From contig CAVEUC010000004.1 in NCBI GenBank assembly GCA_963619035.1, forward strand, positions 422 to 64,421: a stretch of DNA of 64,000 bases, in the 5' to 3' direction. Positions 1 to 7,822 of the stretch are shown here, one piece after another. How positions within the stretch are numbered: the stretch's first letter is position 1; each line of letters begins with the position of its first letter. Under the pieces are notes generated by a model that did no database searches, was not told where the DNA came from, and saw only the letters and a program-made list of their open reading frames with translations. The stretch comes from Lachnospiraceae bacterium GAM79 (lineage in GTDB: Bacteria; Bacillota_I; Bacilli_A; RFN20; CAG-826). A program made the position numbers and the translations under genes.

Positions 1-139
1 TTTCTGGTATAGGAAGATCTTTTACTAGTTCTTCTTTTAATAATTCAATATCAAAGAAACTTTCTCTATATAAACTATTCGATGCACATGAAAATAATAA
101 CGGAATAAGTAAATTTATAATAAATATTTTTCTTTTCAT
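1..139 (-). CDS. Lipoprotein, N-terminal fragment (gene runs off window start)
   Basis: Minus-strand ATG at 139-137 opens MKRKIFIINLLIPLLFSCASNS. This is a signal peptide with lipobox LFSC. The ORF is still open at position 1. Confidence 0.5.
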   Translation of the reverse strand, partial: MKRKIFIINLLIPLLFSCASNSLYRESFFDIELLKEELVKDLPIPE

Positions 140-162
140 GTATTTATTATACATTAAAACAA

Positions 163-190
163 TAAAAAAACAGCATCTATAAATGCTGTA
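163..190 (-). terminator. Rho-independent terminator after the tRNA array
   Basis: Minus strand reads ACAGCAT-ttatag-ATGCTGT followed by T7, directly downstream of tRNA-fMet. Confidence 0.6.
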
Positions 191-199
191 ATAAGTAAA

Positions 200-276
<77 letters not shown>

Positions 277-290
277 ATACTATTTTTAAC

Positions 291-380
291 TGGCGGAGAA
301 AGAGAGATTCGAACTCTCGCTGGTTACTCACCACTATCGGTTTTCAAGACCGACCCCTTCAACCGCTTGGGTATTTCTCC
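291..380 (-). tRNA. tRNA-Ser (anticodon TGA)
   Basis: 90-nt cloverleaf with acceptor GGAGAAA/TTTCTCC, anticodon loop CTTGAAA, a long variable arm, discriminator G and encoded CCA. Confidence 0.9.
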
Positions 381-385
381 ATTTT

Positions 386-461
386 TGGTGGACTCTACAG
401 GATTCGAACCTGTAACCGATCGGTTATGGGCCGACTGCTCTGACCGTTGCGCTAAGAGTCC
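386..461 (-). tRNA. tRNA with CAT anticodon, probably tRNA-Ile2 (lysidine type); atypical C33
   Basis: Minus strand reads GGACTCTTAGCGCAACGGTCAGAGCAGTCGGCCCATAACCGATCGGTTACAGGTTCGAATCCTGTAGAGTCCACCA. The GGAC..GTCC acceptor and CATAA loop resemble Firmicutes tRNA-Ile(CAU). The anticodon loop is CCCATAA and the D stem has one mismatch. Confidence 0.7.
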
Positions 462-462
462 T

Positions 463-539
463 TGGTCCCTGAGGGGGGATTCGAACCCTCGACATACCGG
501 GTATGAGCCGATTGCTCTAACCAACTGAGCTACTCAGGG
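463..539 (-). tRNA. tRNA-Met (anticodon CAT), elongator
   Basis: Cloverleaf with acceptor CCCTGAG/CTCAGGG, D arm GCTC-AGTTGGTTA-GAGC and anticodon loop CTCATAC, as in Bacillus elongator Met. CCA is encoded and the T stem has one A-C mismatch. Confidence 0.8.
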
Positions 540-557
540 ATTTCTTTTTTAATTAAT

Positions 558-631
558 TGGTGGACCCTAGGAGAATCGAACTCCTAATCCAAGCTTGCAA
601 AGCTAGTGTTATCCCATTTAACTAAGGGCCC
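558..631 (-). tRNA. tRNA-Ala (anticodon TGC)
   Basis: Acceptor GGGCCCT/AGGGTCC carries the G3-U70 identity pair. The anticodon loop is TTTGCAA and CCA is encoded. Confidence 0.9.
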
Positions 632-805
632 ATGTCACTTTTAAAAGTGCTTAAATAATATAACATATATTAATAAAAATAAGCAAGAACTATTTTTATT
701 TTTTTAATCTTTTTTTATGAAGATTGCTCACTTTACACATTTAAGCACTTCTTAAATTTTCAATATTAATAAATCAATATATAGAACTATAAACAAAAAT
801 TTAAT

Positions 806-1789
806 TTAATTATTAATTTTTAAAAACTCTTTAGTTCTTTCTTCTTTTGGATTTGTAAAGATTTCTTTACTAGTTCCGCTTTCAACGATATATCCATTTT
901 CCATAAAAATAACTTTATTAGCGACATTTTTAGCAAAATTCATCTCATGAGTTACAACCAACATCGTCATACCTTCTTCAGCTAAATTCTTCATAACTTG
1001 AAGAACTTCTCCTACCATTTCAGGATCTAATGCGCTTGTAGGTTCATCAAAAAGAATAACTTCTGGTTGCATACATAAAGCTCTAGCTATAGCTACACGT
1101 TGTTTTTGTCCACCGCTTATTTTAGAAACTTTATAATTCATTCTTTCTTTCATACCAACTTTAGTAAGTTCTTCAATAGCAGTTGCTTTAGCTTCTTCTT
1201 TTTTAACGTGATTTACTTTTACTTGAGGTAATATACAGTTATTTAAAACACTATAATTTGAAAATAAATTAAATTGTTGAAAAACCATAGTAACATGCTT
1301 TCTATATTCATTCATATTCATAGAAATATTTTCTTTATTGTATTTTTTATTTTCTTTAATAATTTCAGAAAATTCTTTTACCATTACACTAGTTCTTTCT
1401 TTTTCTTTTTTAAGTCTAAATTGTTTTAATAATTTTAAATTATTCAATTCTTCTTTATATGTTGGAGAATTTTTATTTAAAATTTTTTTATCAATTTTAT
1501 AAGTAAATTCGATATCTTTTTCAATTTCTTTATGTCTTTTTTTACATCCCTCTAATTGAAGTTCATAATATCTATAATAATTTCCAATAAGTTGGTCATG
1601 AAAATATATCTTTCCTTTAGTTGGATTATCCAATCCAATAATACATCTTAAAAAAGTAGATTTTCCACTACCACTAGGCCCAATAATTGCAACAACATCA
1701 CCTTTATAAACATCGAGATTAATATCTTTTAAAACTTTATTATTACCAAAATGTTTAGCTAAATTTTCAATACTTAATATCTTTTCCAT
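806..1789 (-). CDS. Polar amino-acid ABC transporter ATP-binding protein (GlnQ-like) with a large internal insertion
   Basis: Walker [11 protein letters not shown]-loop MVFQQFNLF, signature SGGQKQR, Walker [12 protein letters not shown] and switch region VVTHEM. About 85 extra residues lie between Walker A and the Q-loop. Confidence 0.9.
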   Translation of the reverse strand: MEKILSIENLAKHFGNNKVLKDINLDVYKGDVVAIIGPSGSGKSTFLRCIIGLDNPTKGKIYFHDQLIGNYYRYYELQLEGCKKRHKEIEKDIEFTYKIDKKILNKNSPTYKEELNNLKLLKQFRLKKEKERTSVMVKEFSEIIKENKKYNKENISMNMNEYRKHVTMVFQQFNLFSNYSVLNNCILPQVKVNHVKKEEAKATAIEELTKVGMKERMNYKVSKISGGQKQRVAIARALCMQPEVILFDEPTSALDPEMVGEVLQVMKNLAEEGMTMLVVTHEMNFAKNVANKVIFMENGYIVESGTSKEIFTNPKEERTKEFLKINN

Positions 1790-1791
1790 AA

Positions 1792-2571
1792 TTAATCCTC
1801 ATATATTTTAGGTTTATAATGCATGAATATATTTCTTTTAAATACTTTCTTTTTATCGATTTTCTTTTCAATAAATTTAACTAAATAATAGAAAATTAAA
1901 GTTAATATTAAATAAATTAATGCGATAATTACATATCCTTCTACTTTAAAATAATTTTTACCTGTAGCAATAGAGACGCTAGCATATAATTCAGTTAAAC
2001 CGATAACATTTAATACGCTTGAATCCTTAATATTCACGATCAATTCATTTAATATTGTAGGAAGAGAATTTCTAAGTGCTTGAGGCATAATTACATAAAA
2101 TATAGTTTTACTATAACTCATTCCTAAAGCTCTTCCTGCTTCTAATTGCCCTTTATCTACACCATTAAGTCCACTTCTTACAATTTCAGCCATATATGCA
2201 GCAGTATTTATTGTAATAACTAATAAACCACAATAAAATGCGCCATTAAATACTGCTACTCCAATAATATTTGACCAATGAAATATAGCTTCAGTTCCAA
2301 AGAAAACTATCATTGCTTGAACCATCATCGGAGTTCCTCTAAATATATTAATATAAATAGAAACAATGCCTTTTGCTATGTGTTTTAAGCATTTTTTAAC
2401 TTTAGAATCATAAGAATTAATTTTAATATTTCTAATTAAAGCTAAGAAAATTCCTAATATTAAACCTACGAATGTACCAAAAATAGCTAATATTAAAGTA
2501 GATAAAATACCATATAAAAATGTATTTCCGTAATTGGATAATAAATATCCAATCCTTTCAAAAAAATTCAT
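1792..2571 (-). CDS. Amino-acid ABC transporter permease (His/Glu/Gln/Arg/opine family)
   Basis: Multi-pass membrane protein with the EAA-type loop [24 protein letters not shown]. It is tightly packed between the ATPase and binding-protein genes. Confidence 0.9.
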   Translation of the reverse strand: MNFFERIGYLLSNYGNTFLYGILSTLILAIFGTFVGLILGIFLALIRNIKINSYDSKVKKCLKHIAKGIVSIYINIFRGTPMMVQAMIVFFGTEAIFHWSNIIGVAVFNGAFYCGLLVITINTAAYMAEIVRSGLNGVDKGQLEAGRALGMSYSKTIFYVIMPQALRNSLPTILNELIVNIKDSSVLNVIGLTELYASVSIATGKNYFKVEGYVIIALIYLILTLIFYYLVKFIEKKIDKKKVFKRNIFMHYKPKIYED

Positions 2572-3461
2572 TAATTAACTCCGTTAACTATTGATTGAGC
2601 AACAGGAAGTTCAGCTGTCATAACATCAGCACTTCCATTTTTAACAGCGATTGCACAAGTTGAAAAAGTGTCTAATGCAGTAAGATGAATTGCTCCATAA
2701 CTTACAACCCAATCATCGATAATTGAATCGGTTACTGTAGAAACTTGTGAAACAAATTTTTTACCGCTAAATTGTTCTAATGATGTATAACTTGCTAATT
2801 CACTGTTCTTTTTAACTACTAAAACTAATTCACTAGTATAATATGCATCTGTAAAATCGATTGATAATCTACGTTCTTCTGTATCTGTCATACCTGCTAT
2901 TACTAAATCGATACTATCGTTTTGTAATGATGGTATTAAAGATTCCCATTTAATCTTTTTGATAACTAAATTCATATCTAATGTAGTTGCTAAATATTTA
3001 GCAATTTGAATATCATATCCATCAGCGTATTGATTTGTTACTCCGTTAATTGGATAACTATAAGTTGATGGAGTAACTTCTGTCCAATTGAATGGTGAAT
3101 AGTCACATTCTAGTCCAATAGTTAATGTGTCTTTTGAAGAATCGTAAGGTGCAGTAGTTAAAATTTCTTTTCCTTCTTCGTTTTCTATTTCTAATGCTGT
3201 AGATCTATTTGTTGCTTTTAACATGATCTCATTACGAGTTTCAGTTGAAAGAGTACTTAATGCAGTATTTATGTTTGTTTTTAATTCTTCTCTTCCTTTT
3301 TTAATTCCTATAGATACACTTAATTCTTTTTGTGCATCTCCTAAAATTGTTTGATCAAAATGAACGATAGTTAATCCTTCACTACTTCCGCAAGATGTAA
3401 GGTTAATAAAAGAACTAGATAAACCTAATAATGCGATGCTTAATAATAATTTCTTTTTCAT
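2571..3461 (-). CDS. Amino-acid ABC transporter substrate-binding lipoprotein
   Basis: I place the start at the internal ATG (MKKKLLLSIALLGLSSSFINLTSC), preceded by RBS GGGGAGAG. It has lipobox LTSC and a family-3 solute-binding-like C-terminal half (IDLVIAGMTDTEERR). Confidence 0.85.
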   Translation of the reverse strand: MKKKLLLSIALLGLSSSFINLTSCGSSEGLTIVHFDQTILGDAQKELSVSIGIKKGREELKTNINTALSTLSTETRNEIMLKATNRSTALEIENEEGKEILTTAPYDSSKDTLTIGLECDYSPFNWTEVTPSTYSYPINGVTNQYADGYDIQIAKYLATTLDMNLVIKKIKWESLIPSLQNDSIDLVIAGMTDTEERRLSIDFTDAYYTSELVLVVKKNSELASYTSLEQFSGKKFVSQVSTVTDSIIDDWVVSYGAIHLTALDTFSTCAIAVKNGSADVMTAELPVAQSIVNGVN

Positions 3462-3480
3462 GTGTTTTCTCTCCCCTAGT

Positions 3481-3513
3481 AAAATAAAAGATTGCATCGC
3501 TCGATGCAATCTT
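3481..3513 (-). terminator. Attenuator terminator of the lysine riboswitch
   Basis: Minus strand reads AAGATTGCATCG-agc-GATGCAATCTT followed by TTTATTTT. It ends about 20 nt before the RBS of the binding-protein gene. Confidence 0.7.
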
Positions 3514-3692
3514 ATAGGTTAAGAATAACACCGATAGCGCCTCTACAAAATGTAGGAGTATATAGAATGTTATTCCATATCCCAATCGCTTTAAATGTCT
3601 TTAAAGCGTTTCGGCAATCTCACCTTTCATTAGTTTCGTATGGTACCCCATCCACTAATTACTCTTTTCGATTGCGCCTCTATCAATCTTTA
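3514..3692 (-). promoter_or_regulatory. Lysine riboswitch (L-box) aptamer
   Basis: The minus strand contains GATAGAGGCGC, AAGAGTA, TGAAAGGTGAGATTGCCGAAA, nested helices (CAATC..GATTG, ATTAGT..ACTAAT), two further hairpins and a 3-prime TTGTAGAGG. These match conserved L-box blocks of B. subtilis lysC and T. maritima as I recall them. Confidence 0.65.
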
Positions 3693-3700
3693 TGTGTAAA

Positions 3701-3728
3701 ATTTTAGACTTTATTTTAAATATGTCAA
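3701..3728 (-). promoter_or_regulatory. Sigma-A-type promoter of the riboswitch-ABC operon
   Basis: Minus strand has TTGACA (3728-3723), a 16-nt spacer and TAAAAT (3706-3701). Confidence 0.5.
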
Positions 3729-3735
3729 TAAAAAA

Positions 3736-4236
3736 TTATTCAATAACTTCAATTTTATGTTCAACTACTTTAACTTCTTCACTGGATCTATGTCCTAAGA
3801 ACACTCCAGCTGTGACAGTGTATTCAGGTTTAATACCTAAATATTTAACGATTTCTTCATCTAAAATAATCAATTGACCAACAGAATAAGAAAATACGTT
3901 TCCTAATCCAAGTTCAGTTGCCATTAAACACATATTTTCAATAATACAACCAGTATCTTGATTAACTAATTCAATCTTTTTACCTTTATGTAAAACTAAA
4001 ACTAAATTAGCTGCTCCATAAGATGGATCAATACCTCTTTTTTCTTTAATTTTATTAATAACAAATTTAAGTTTTTCACCTTTTAATGAATATAACAATA
4101 AGTCACCATAAGCTCCTCTAGCAACTGGTGCATGCATTCCTGCATCTAAAATTAATTTTAAATCAGCTTCATTAACTTCTTCATTACTATAAAATCTACA
4201 ACTTCTTCTTTTTAAATATAATTCTTTAAAATCCAT
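3736..4236 (-). CDS. Nitroreductase family protein
   Basis: 166 aa. N-terminus MDFKELYLKRRSCRFY is typical of the NADH/FMN nitroreductase fold. RBS GAGGACGGAG lies upstream. Confidence 0.8.
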   Translation of the reverse strand: MDFKELYLKRRSCRFYSNEEVNEADLKLILDAGMHAPVARGAYGDLLLYSLKGEKLKFVINKIKEKRGIDPSYGAANLVLVLHKGKKIELVNQDTGCIIENMCLMATELGLGNVFSYSVGQLIILDEEIVKYLGIKPEYTVTAGVFLGHRSSEEVKVVEHKIEVIE

Positions 4237-4241
4237 ACTCT

Positions 4242-4373
4242 TTACGCTCCGTCCTCATGTGTATCGCAAATATTTTTATGTTTTCTAGAAGTCTTTTTGT
4301 AATAACTCCTTTCATTTAACATATCAATATCTTCTCCACTTAAATAACTCCTTTTATATCTTCTTTTTTTCAT
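4242..4373 (-). CDS. Possible 43-aa basic small protein
   Basis: ORF below the track cutoff: MKKRRYKRSYLSGEDIDMLNERSYYKKTSRKHKNICDTHEDGA. It stops 5 nt before the nitroreductase ATG. I recognise no homology. Confidence 0.25.
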   Translation of the reverse strand: MKKRRYKRSYLSGEDIDMLNERSYYKKTSRKHKNICDTHEDGA

Positions 4374-4419
4374 ATCTTTATTATAACACAATTATTTTAG
4401 TGTGATATTACAATAAATA

Positions 4420-4428
4420 TGTTATATT
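4420..4428 (+). promoter_or_regulatory. Extended -10 box 6 nt upstream of the PAP2 start (leaderless-type)
   Basis: TGtTATATT, then 6 nt, then ATG at 4435. No Shine-Dalgarno sequence. Confidence 0.45.
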
Positions 4429-4434
4429 TAAAAT

Positions 4435-5091
4435 ATGATTTTAGATAGAACTGTTTGGTCAAATGGATTTGATAATTCAATTGAAATTGCTTTTTCATCT
4501 TTTTTTAATTCACTTCCTAGTGTATTAAAAAAAATTATTGCAATGTTTAGCGCATTAAACGAATTAGGATTATTCATTATTTTTGTAGGTATCATCCTTA
4601 TCTTTATTAAAAAGACTAGAAAATTTGGAATAATGTGCATCGTTTCTTTATTGGTTACAGCGTTAATAAACGATATTATTTTAAAAAATATATTTAGTAG
4701 AGCTAGACCTTATGAAGATTTAGAATTGTTAAGTAATTTAGTATCTATTCAAAATAATGGTGGTCAAGTTTACGGTGTTGTTCCTACTAGTTCAAGTTTT
4801 CCTAGTGGACATACCGCTACTGCTTTTTGTGTATTTTCTGCTTCACTATTCTTATATATATTTTCTAAAGAAGATAAAAAATTATATTTAAGATTTATGA
4901 TATTTTTCTTAGTATTCTCAATTTTAATGGGATTATCTAGAATTTTATTATCGCACCACTATACAACTGATGTTTTAGCCGGGATGGGAGTTGGAATACT
5001 TGGAGGAATTTTAGCTTATTATATTGTTATATATTCTTATAAATTAGTAGATAAACTAAAAATAAAATATTCTAAAAATAAAACAAATTAA
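4435..5091 (+). CDS. PAP2-family phosphatase (undecaprenyl-diphosphate/phosphatidate phosphatase-like)
   Basis: Membrane protein with the three PAP2 motifs KNIFSRARP, PSGH and SRILLSHHYTTD. Confidence 0.85.
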   Translation: MILDRTVWSNGFDNSIEIAFSSFFNSLPSVLKKIIAMFSALNELGLFIIFVGIILIFIKKTRKFGIMCIVSLLVTALINDIILKNIFSRARPYEDLELLSNLVSIQNNGGQVYGVVPTSSSFPSGHTATAFCVFSASLFLYIFSKEDKKLYLRFMIFFLVFSILMGLSRILLSHHYTTDVLAGMGVGILGGILAYYIVIYSYKLVDKLKIKYSKNKTN

Positions 5092-6824
5092 TCGTTAAAA
5101 ACAATAGTTATCGAAGCTTTTTCATCAGTTATTGAATTAACTTTAACTGAAAAATTTAATATATCATCATTAGAATTACTTTCTTTAAATTTATTTAATT
5201 TATTACTTTTTGAAGGCATCAAAGAGATGTATTTTGAAGTTTCATTCATCTCAAAACTATCTCCTTCAAAATATAATGCATCATCAGACTCTTTATACTT
5301 TCCACCTATTGGATTAGTTGTAGAATCTTCTTCATCAGAGTAATTCTTAGGAAAAATAGTTGATAAATACATAGGATTTTGATCATATTTTTTATTTCCA
5401 CTTGTTGTATTAGATAAATAATTTTCTGTAATCAAATTAGGATCATTAGTTAAAGTTGTTTTTCCGTTTAAAGAATAAGAACCTCTTGCATCAATATGTT
5501 TAATCTTAATACCAGGTTTTGTATATCCTTGTATTTTTCTATCTACATTGTTATATGGAGAATTATAATCTTTACTATTTAAATTAGTTGGAGTTACATA
5601 TTCAATTGTAAAATATTCATCAAAAGCTCCACCATTATAATTTTTGCCACCAATTATTACGGAGCTACCATTATTTTCAAATGGTAAAAGTTCGATTGTA
5701 GTAGAGTCTTTTATAACTGTAGGTTTAATCCATCCTAAAGAATATTTAGAAAAAGCACTGTGATCTCCTACATTAAAATCCATCATATCAACATTTCCGT
5801 TAGGACAATTATAATAGTTTGCAGTATCGTAATAATCTAATAAACCAAATAAGTGACCTGTTTCATGAATATATGTATGAGCATCGATTCCATTACTTCC
5901 ATATCCTTGATTCATAAAATCGAACGTACACCAACTAAAATTCATAGCGACAGGATTTTTAATATTTCTTAAATTATAATTAGGTTCATCCCAATAAGTA
6001 AATCCCCAATAAGTTGAAGAATATTTTGAATCATATTTTGTATAATTTAAATAATTTGGAGCACTATTAACAATCCAAACAGCATCGATTAATCCATCTT
6101 TATCACTATCAAATTTAGTACAATCATCGTTATAAGTTTCTTTATACCATTCAACAGCTTTATCAATACAATAATAAATCCCGCTATCATTTTCGTATTT
6201 TCTATTTTTTTCCATATATATTTCTAATGGAGTTTTATCGATGTTAAACCAATCAGTAACAGTAAAATTTAAATCTAATTGATTATAACTAGATTTATTA
6301 TAAAAACTTTTTACTGATTCAAAATTAGTATCATCACTTGTTCCATTGAATGTTTTTTTGATTCTTTCTAAATTTTCACTAGTAGCATTCTTTTCAAATC
6401 CTTTAATAATCATAGGAACAACTAAGATATTTAAAGAACCAGTTGTACTTAAAGTAGGTAATTTAGCATTTTGACCTAATTCATAATATGTAAAATTTTC
6501 AATTTTATAATCTTTTTTTGTATCATTTTTTAAAACATCTAAATTTAAAATAACATCAGAATAGCCATCTATTTTAAAAGTATAATTAAAATTTCCTGCA
6601 CTTGTAATAACTAAGCCATCATCAACTAATTCATCATCTAAATAGACTTTAAAGTCAGTTAAAGTATTATTATTTGAAGTTACTTTAAAATCATTATAAT
6701 CGAAAAAATCACCAACTTTATAACTATCTTTTTTAAATTCAACATTTAATGTGCTATTGGTGTTACATCCATTTAATAAAGGTAATACTAAAAAAATCGA
6801 ATACAAAAATAAACGACGTTTCAT
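5088..6824 (-). CDS. Secreted zinc metalloprotease lipoprotein, M6 (immune inhibitor A)-like
   Basis: Signal peptide with lipobox LLNGC. The motif IHETGHLFGLLDYYD resembles the M6 HEfGHxLGLPDeYD block. Confidence 0.65.
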   Translation of the reverse strand: MKRRLFLYSIFLVLPLLNGCNTNSTLNVEFKKDSYKVGDFFDYNDFKVTSNNNTLTDFKVYLDDELVDDGLVITSAGNFNYTFKIDGYSDVILNLDVLKNDTKKDYKIENFTYYELGQNAKLPTLSTTGSLNILVVPMIIKGFEKNATSENLERIKKTFNGTSDDTNFESVKSFYNKSSYNQLDLNFTVTDWFNIDKTPLEIYMEKNRKYENDSGIYYCIDKAVEWYKETYNDDCTKFDSDKDGLIDAVWIVNSAPNYLNYTKYDSKYSSTYWGFTYWDEPNYNLRNIKNPVAMNFSWCTFDFMNQGYGSNGIDAHTYIHETGHLFGLLDYYDTANYYNCPNGNVDMMDFNVGDHSAFSKYSLGWIKPTVIKDSTTIELLPFENNGSSVIIGGKNYNGGAFDEYFTIEYVTPTNLNSKDYNSPYNNVDRKIQGYTKPGIKIKHIDARGSYSLNGKTTLTNDPNLITENYLSNTTSGNKKYDQNPMYLSTIFPKNYSDEEDSTTNPIGGKYKESDDALYFEGDSFEMNETSKYISLMPSKSNKLNKFKESNSNDDILNFSVKVNSITDEKASITIVFND

Positions 6825-6828
6825 ATAT

Positions 6829-7806
6829 TTATTTTCCTTTTTTAATAATTCCTATTGAAAAAATAAATGTAGATGCAATTAAACAAGTAACTGTAGGAGC
6901 AATAAATCCTGAAACAAATTCACCATTTGTACTTGCTAAATTTGAGAAAATAGAAGCTAAAATCATTAATAAAGTTAAAACTACTACTAATATTGAAGAT
7001 GTAAAAATTCTATTTCTTAATAAGAATATATAACTTAAAATTGATAAGATAATTACAATTAAAAATAATACAAATGATACAACATCCATAGAAGCAAAGA
7101 ATTTATTTGTGATCGAATAATTATTTGCATATAAAGTAACAAAATTATCAACGCAATAAATTCTAGAAGTCATAATTTCAATGAGTGCTATCCCAAAGAA
7201 ACCAATTCCAATTCCATAAACCACTTTAATGCTTGTTTTATCTTCGCTATCAATCAATTTAAAAACCAATCTAACTATGTAATATACAAAATATAATGAA
7301 GCTAATGTAACTGTAAATGCTCCATTAATTTGGAAAAGCCCAATTAAAAGAATAACAATTGAAAAATTTACACAATGAAGAACATTTAACCATTTATTCT
7401 TTCTGTTTGTAATTAAATTTGTAATAGAAAACAATAAGATAATAAAGCAAAGCAATAAAGAAATAATAACACCTACATATCCAATTATCGAACTAACAAA
7501 ATGCCCATCATAAGAAAATGTATTAGGAGTATAATTATTATTTAAGATTTTAAAAGTTTCATTAAAATAATTTATTACATTAGCATCACCTTTATATGAA
7601 TAGCAGTAATAAGATCTATTTGTTACATTAACAAAACAAAAGATAATACCAAAAGCTCCAATGATTGCTGAAATGATATTAAAAACTAATTGATGCACCT
7701 TTTCAGGTATTTTTGTCTTAACTTTTTCTTTTTTAACGTGTCCTCCACAATAAGGACAGAAGTTTGAATTATCGCTAATTTCCTTTTTACATTTTTCGCA
7801 AATCAT
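6829..7806 (-). CDS. Zinc-ribbon domain polytopic membrane protein
   Basis: N-terminal CxxC-x11-CxxC (MICEKCKKEISDNSNFCPYCGG) followed by about 8 hydrophobic segments. Confidence 0.6.
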   Translation of the reverse strand: MICEKCKKEISDNSNFCPYCGGHVKKEKVKTKIPEKVHQLVFNIISAIIGAFGIIFCFVNVTNRSYYCYSYKGDANVINYFNETFKILNNNYTPNTFSYDGHFVSSIIGYVGVIISLLLCFIILLFSITNLITNRKNKWLNVLHCVNFSIVILLIGLFQINGAFTVTLASLYFVYYIVRLVFKLIDSEDKTSIKVVYGIGIGFFGIALIEIMTSRIYCVDNFVTLYANNYSITNKFFASMDVVSFVLFLIVIILSILSYIFLLRNRIFTSSILVVVLTLLMILASIFSNLASTNGEFVSGFIAPTVTCLIASTFIFSIGIIKKGK

Positions 7807-7822
7807 AAAAGCTCCTTTCTGT

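Noticed and set aside
632-805. An integration hot-spot or mobile-element remnant next to the tRNA array.
   Set aside because: There is no integrase or recombinase and no direct repeat of a tRNA 3-prime end. The flanking genes are ordinary transporter and lipoprotein genes.
3481-3692. A T-box leader interpretation of this region, prompted by GGTACC-containing sequence upstream of an amino-acid transporter and a terminator.
   Set aside because: The GGGGTACCAT segment lies about 150 nt from the terminator rather than forming the antiterminator bulge. I could find no AGAGA/specifier-loop/T-box (AATTAGGGTGGTACCGCG-like) arrangement. The L-box blocks fit much better.
3492-3877. Plus-strand ORFs 3492-3707 and 3692-3877.
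   Set aside because: The first overlaps the structured riboswitch leader and the second is antisense to the nitroreductase gene. Neither has an RBS, and their composition is not protein-like.
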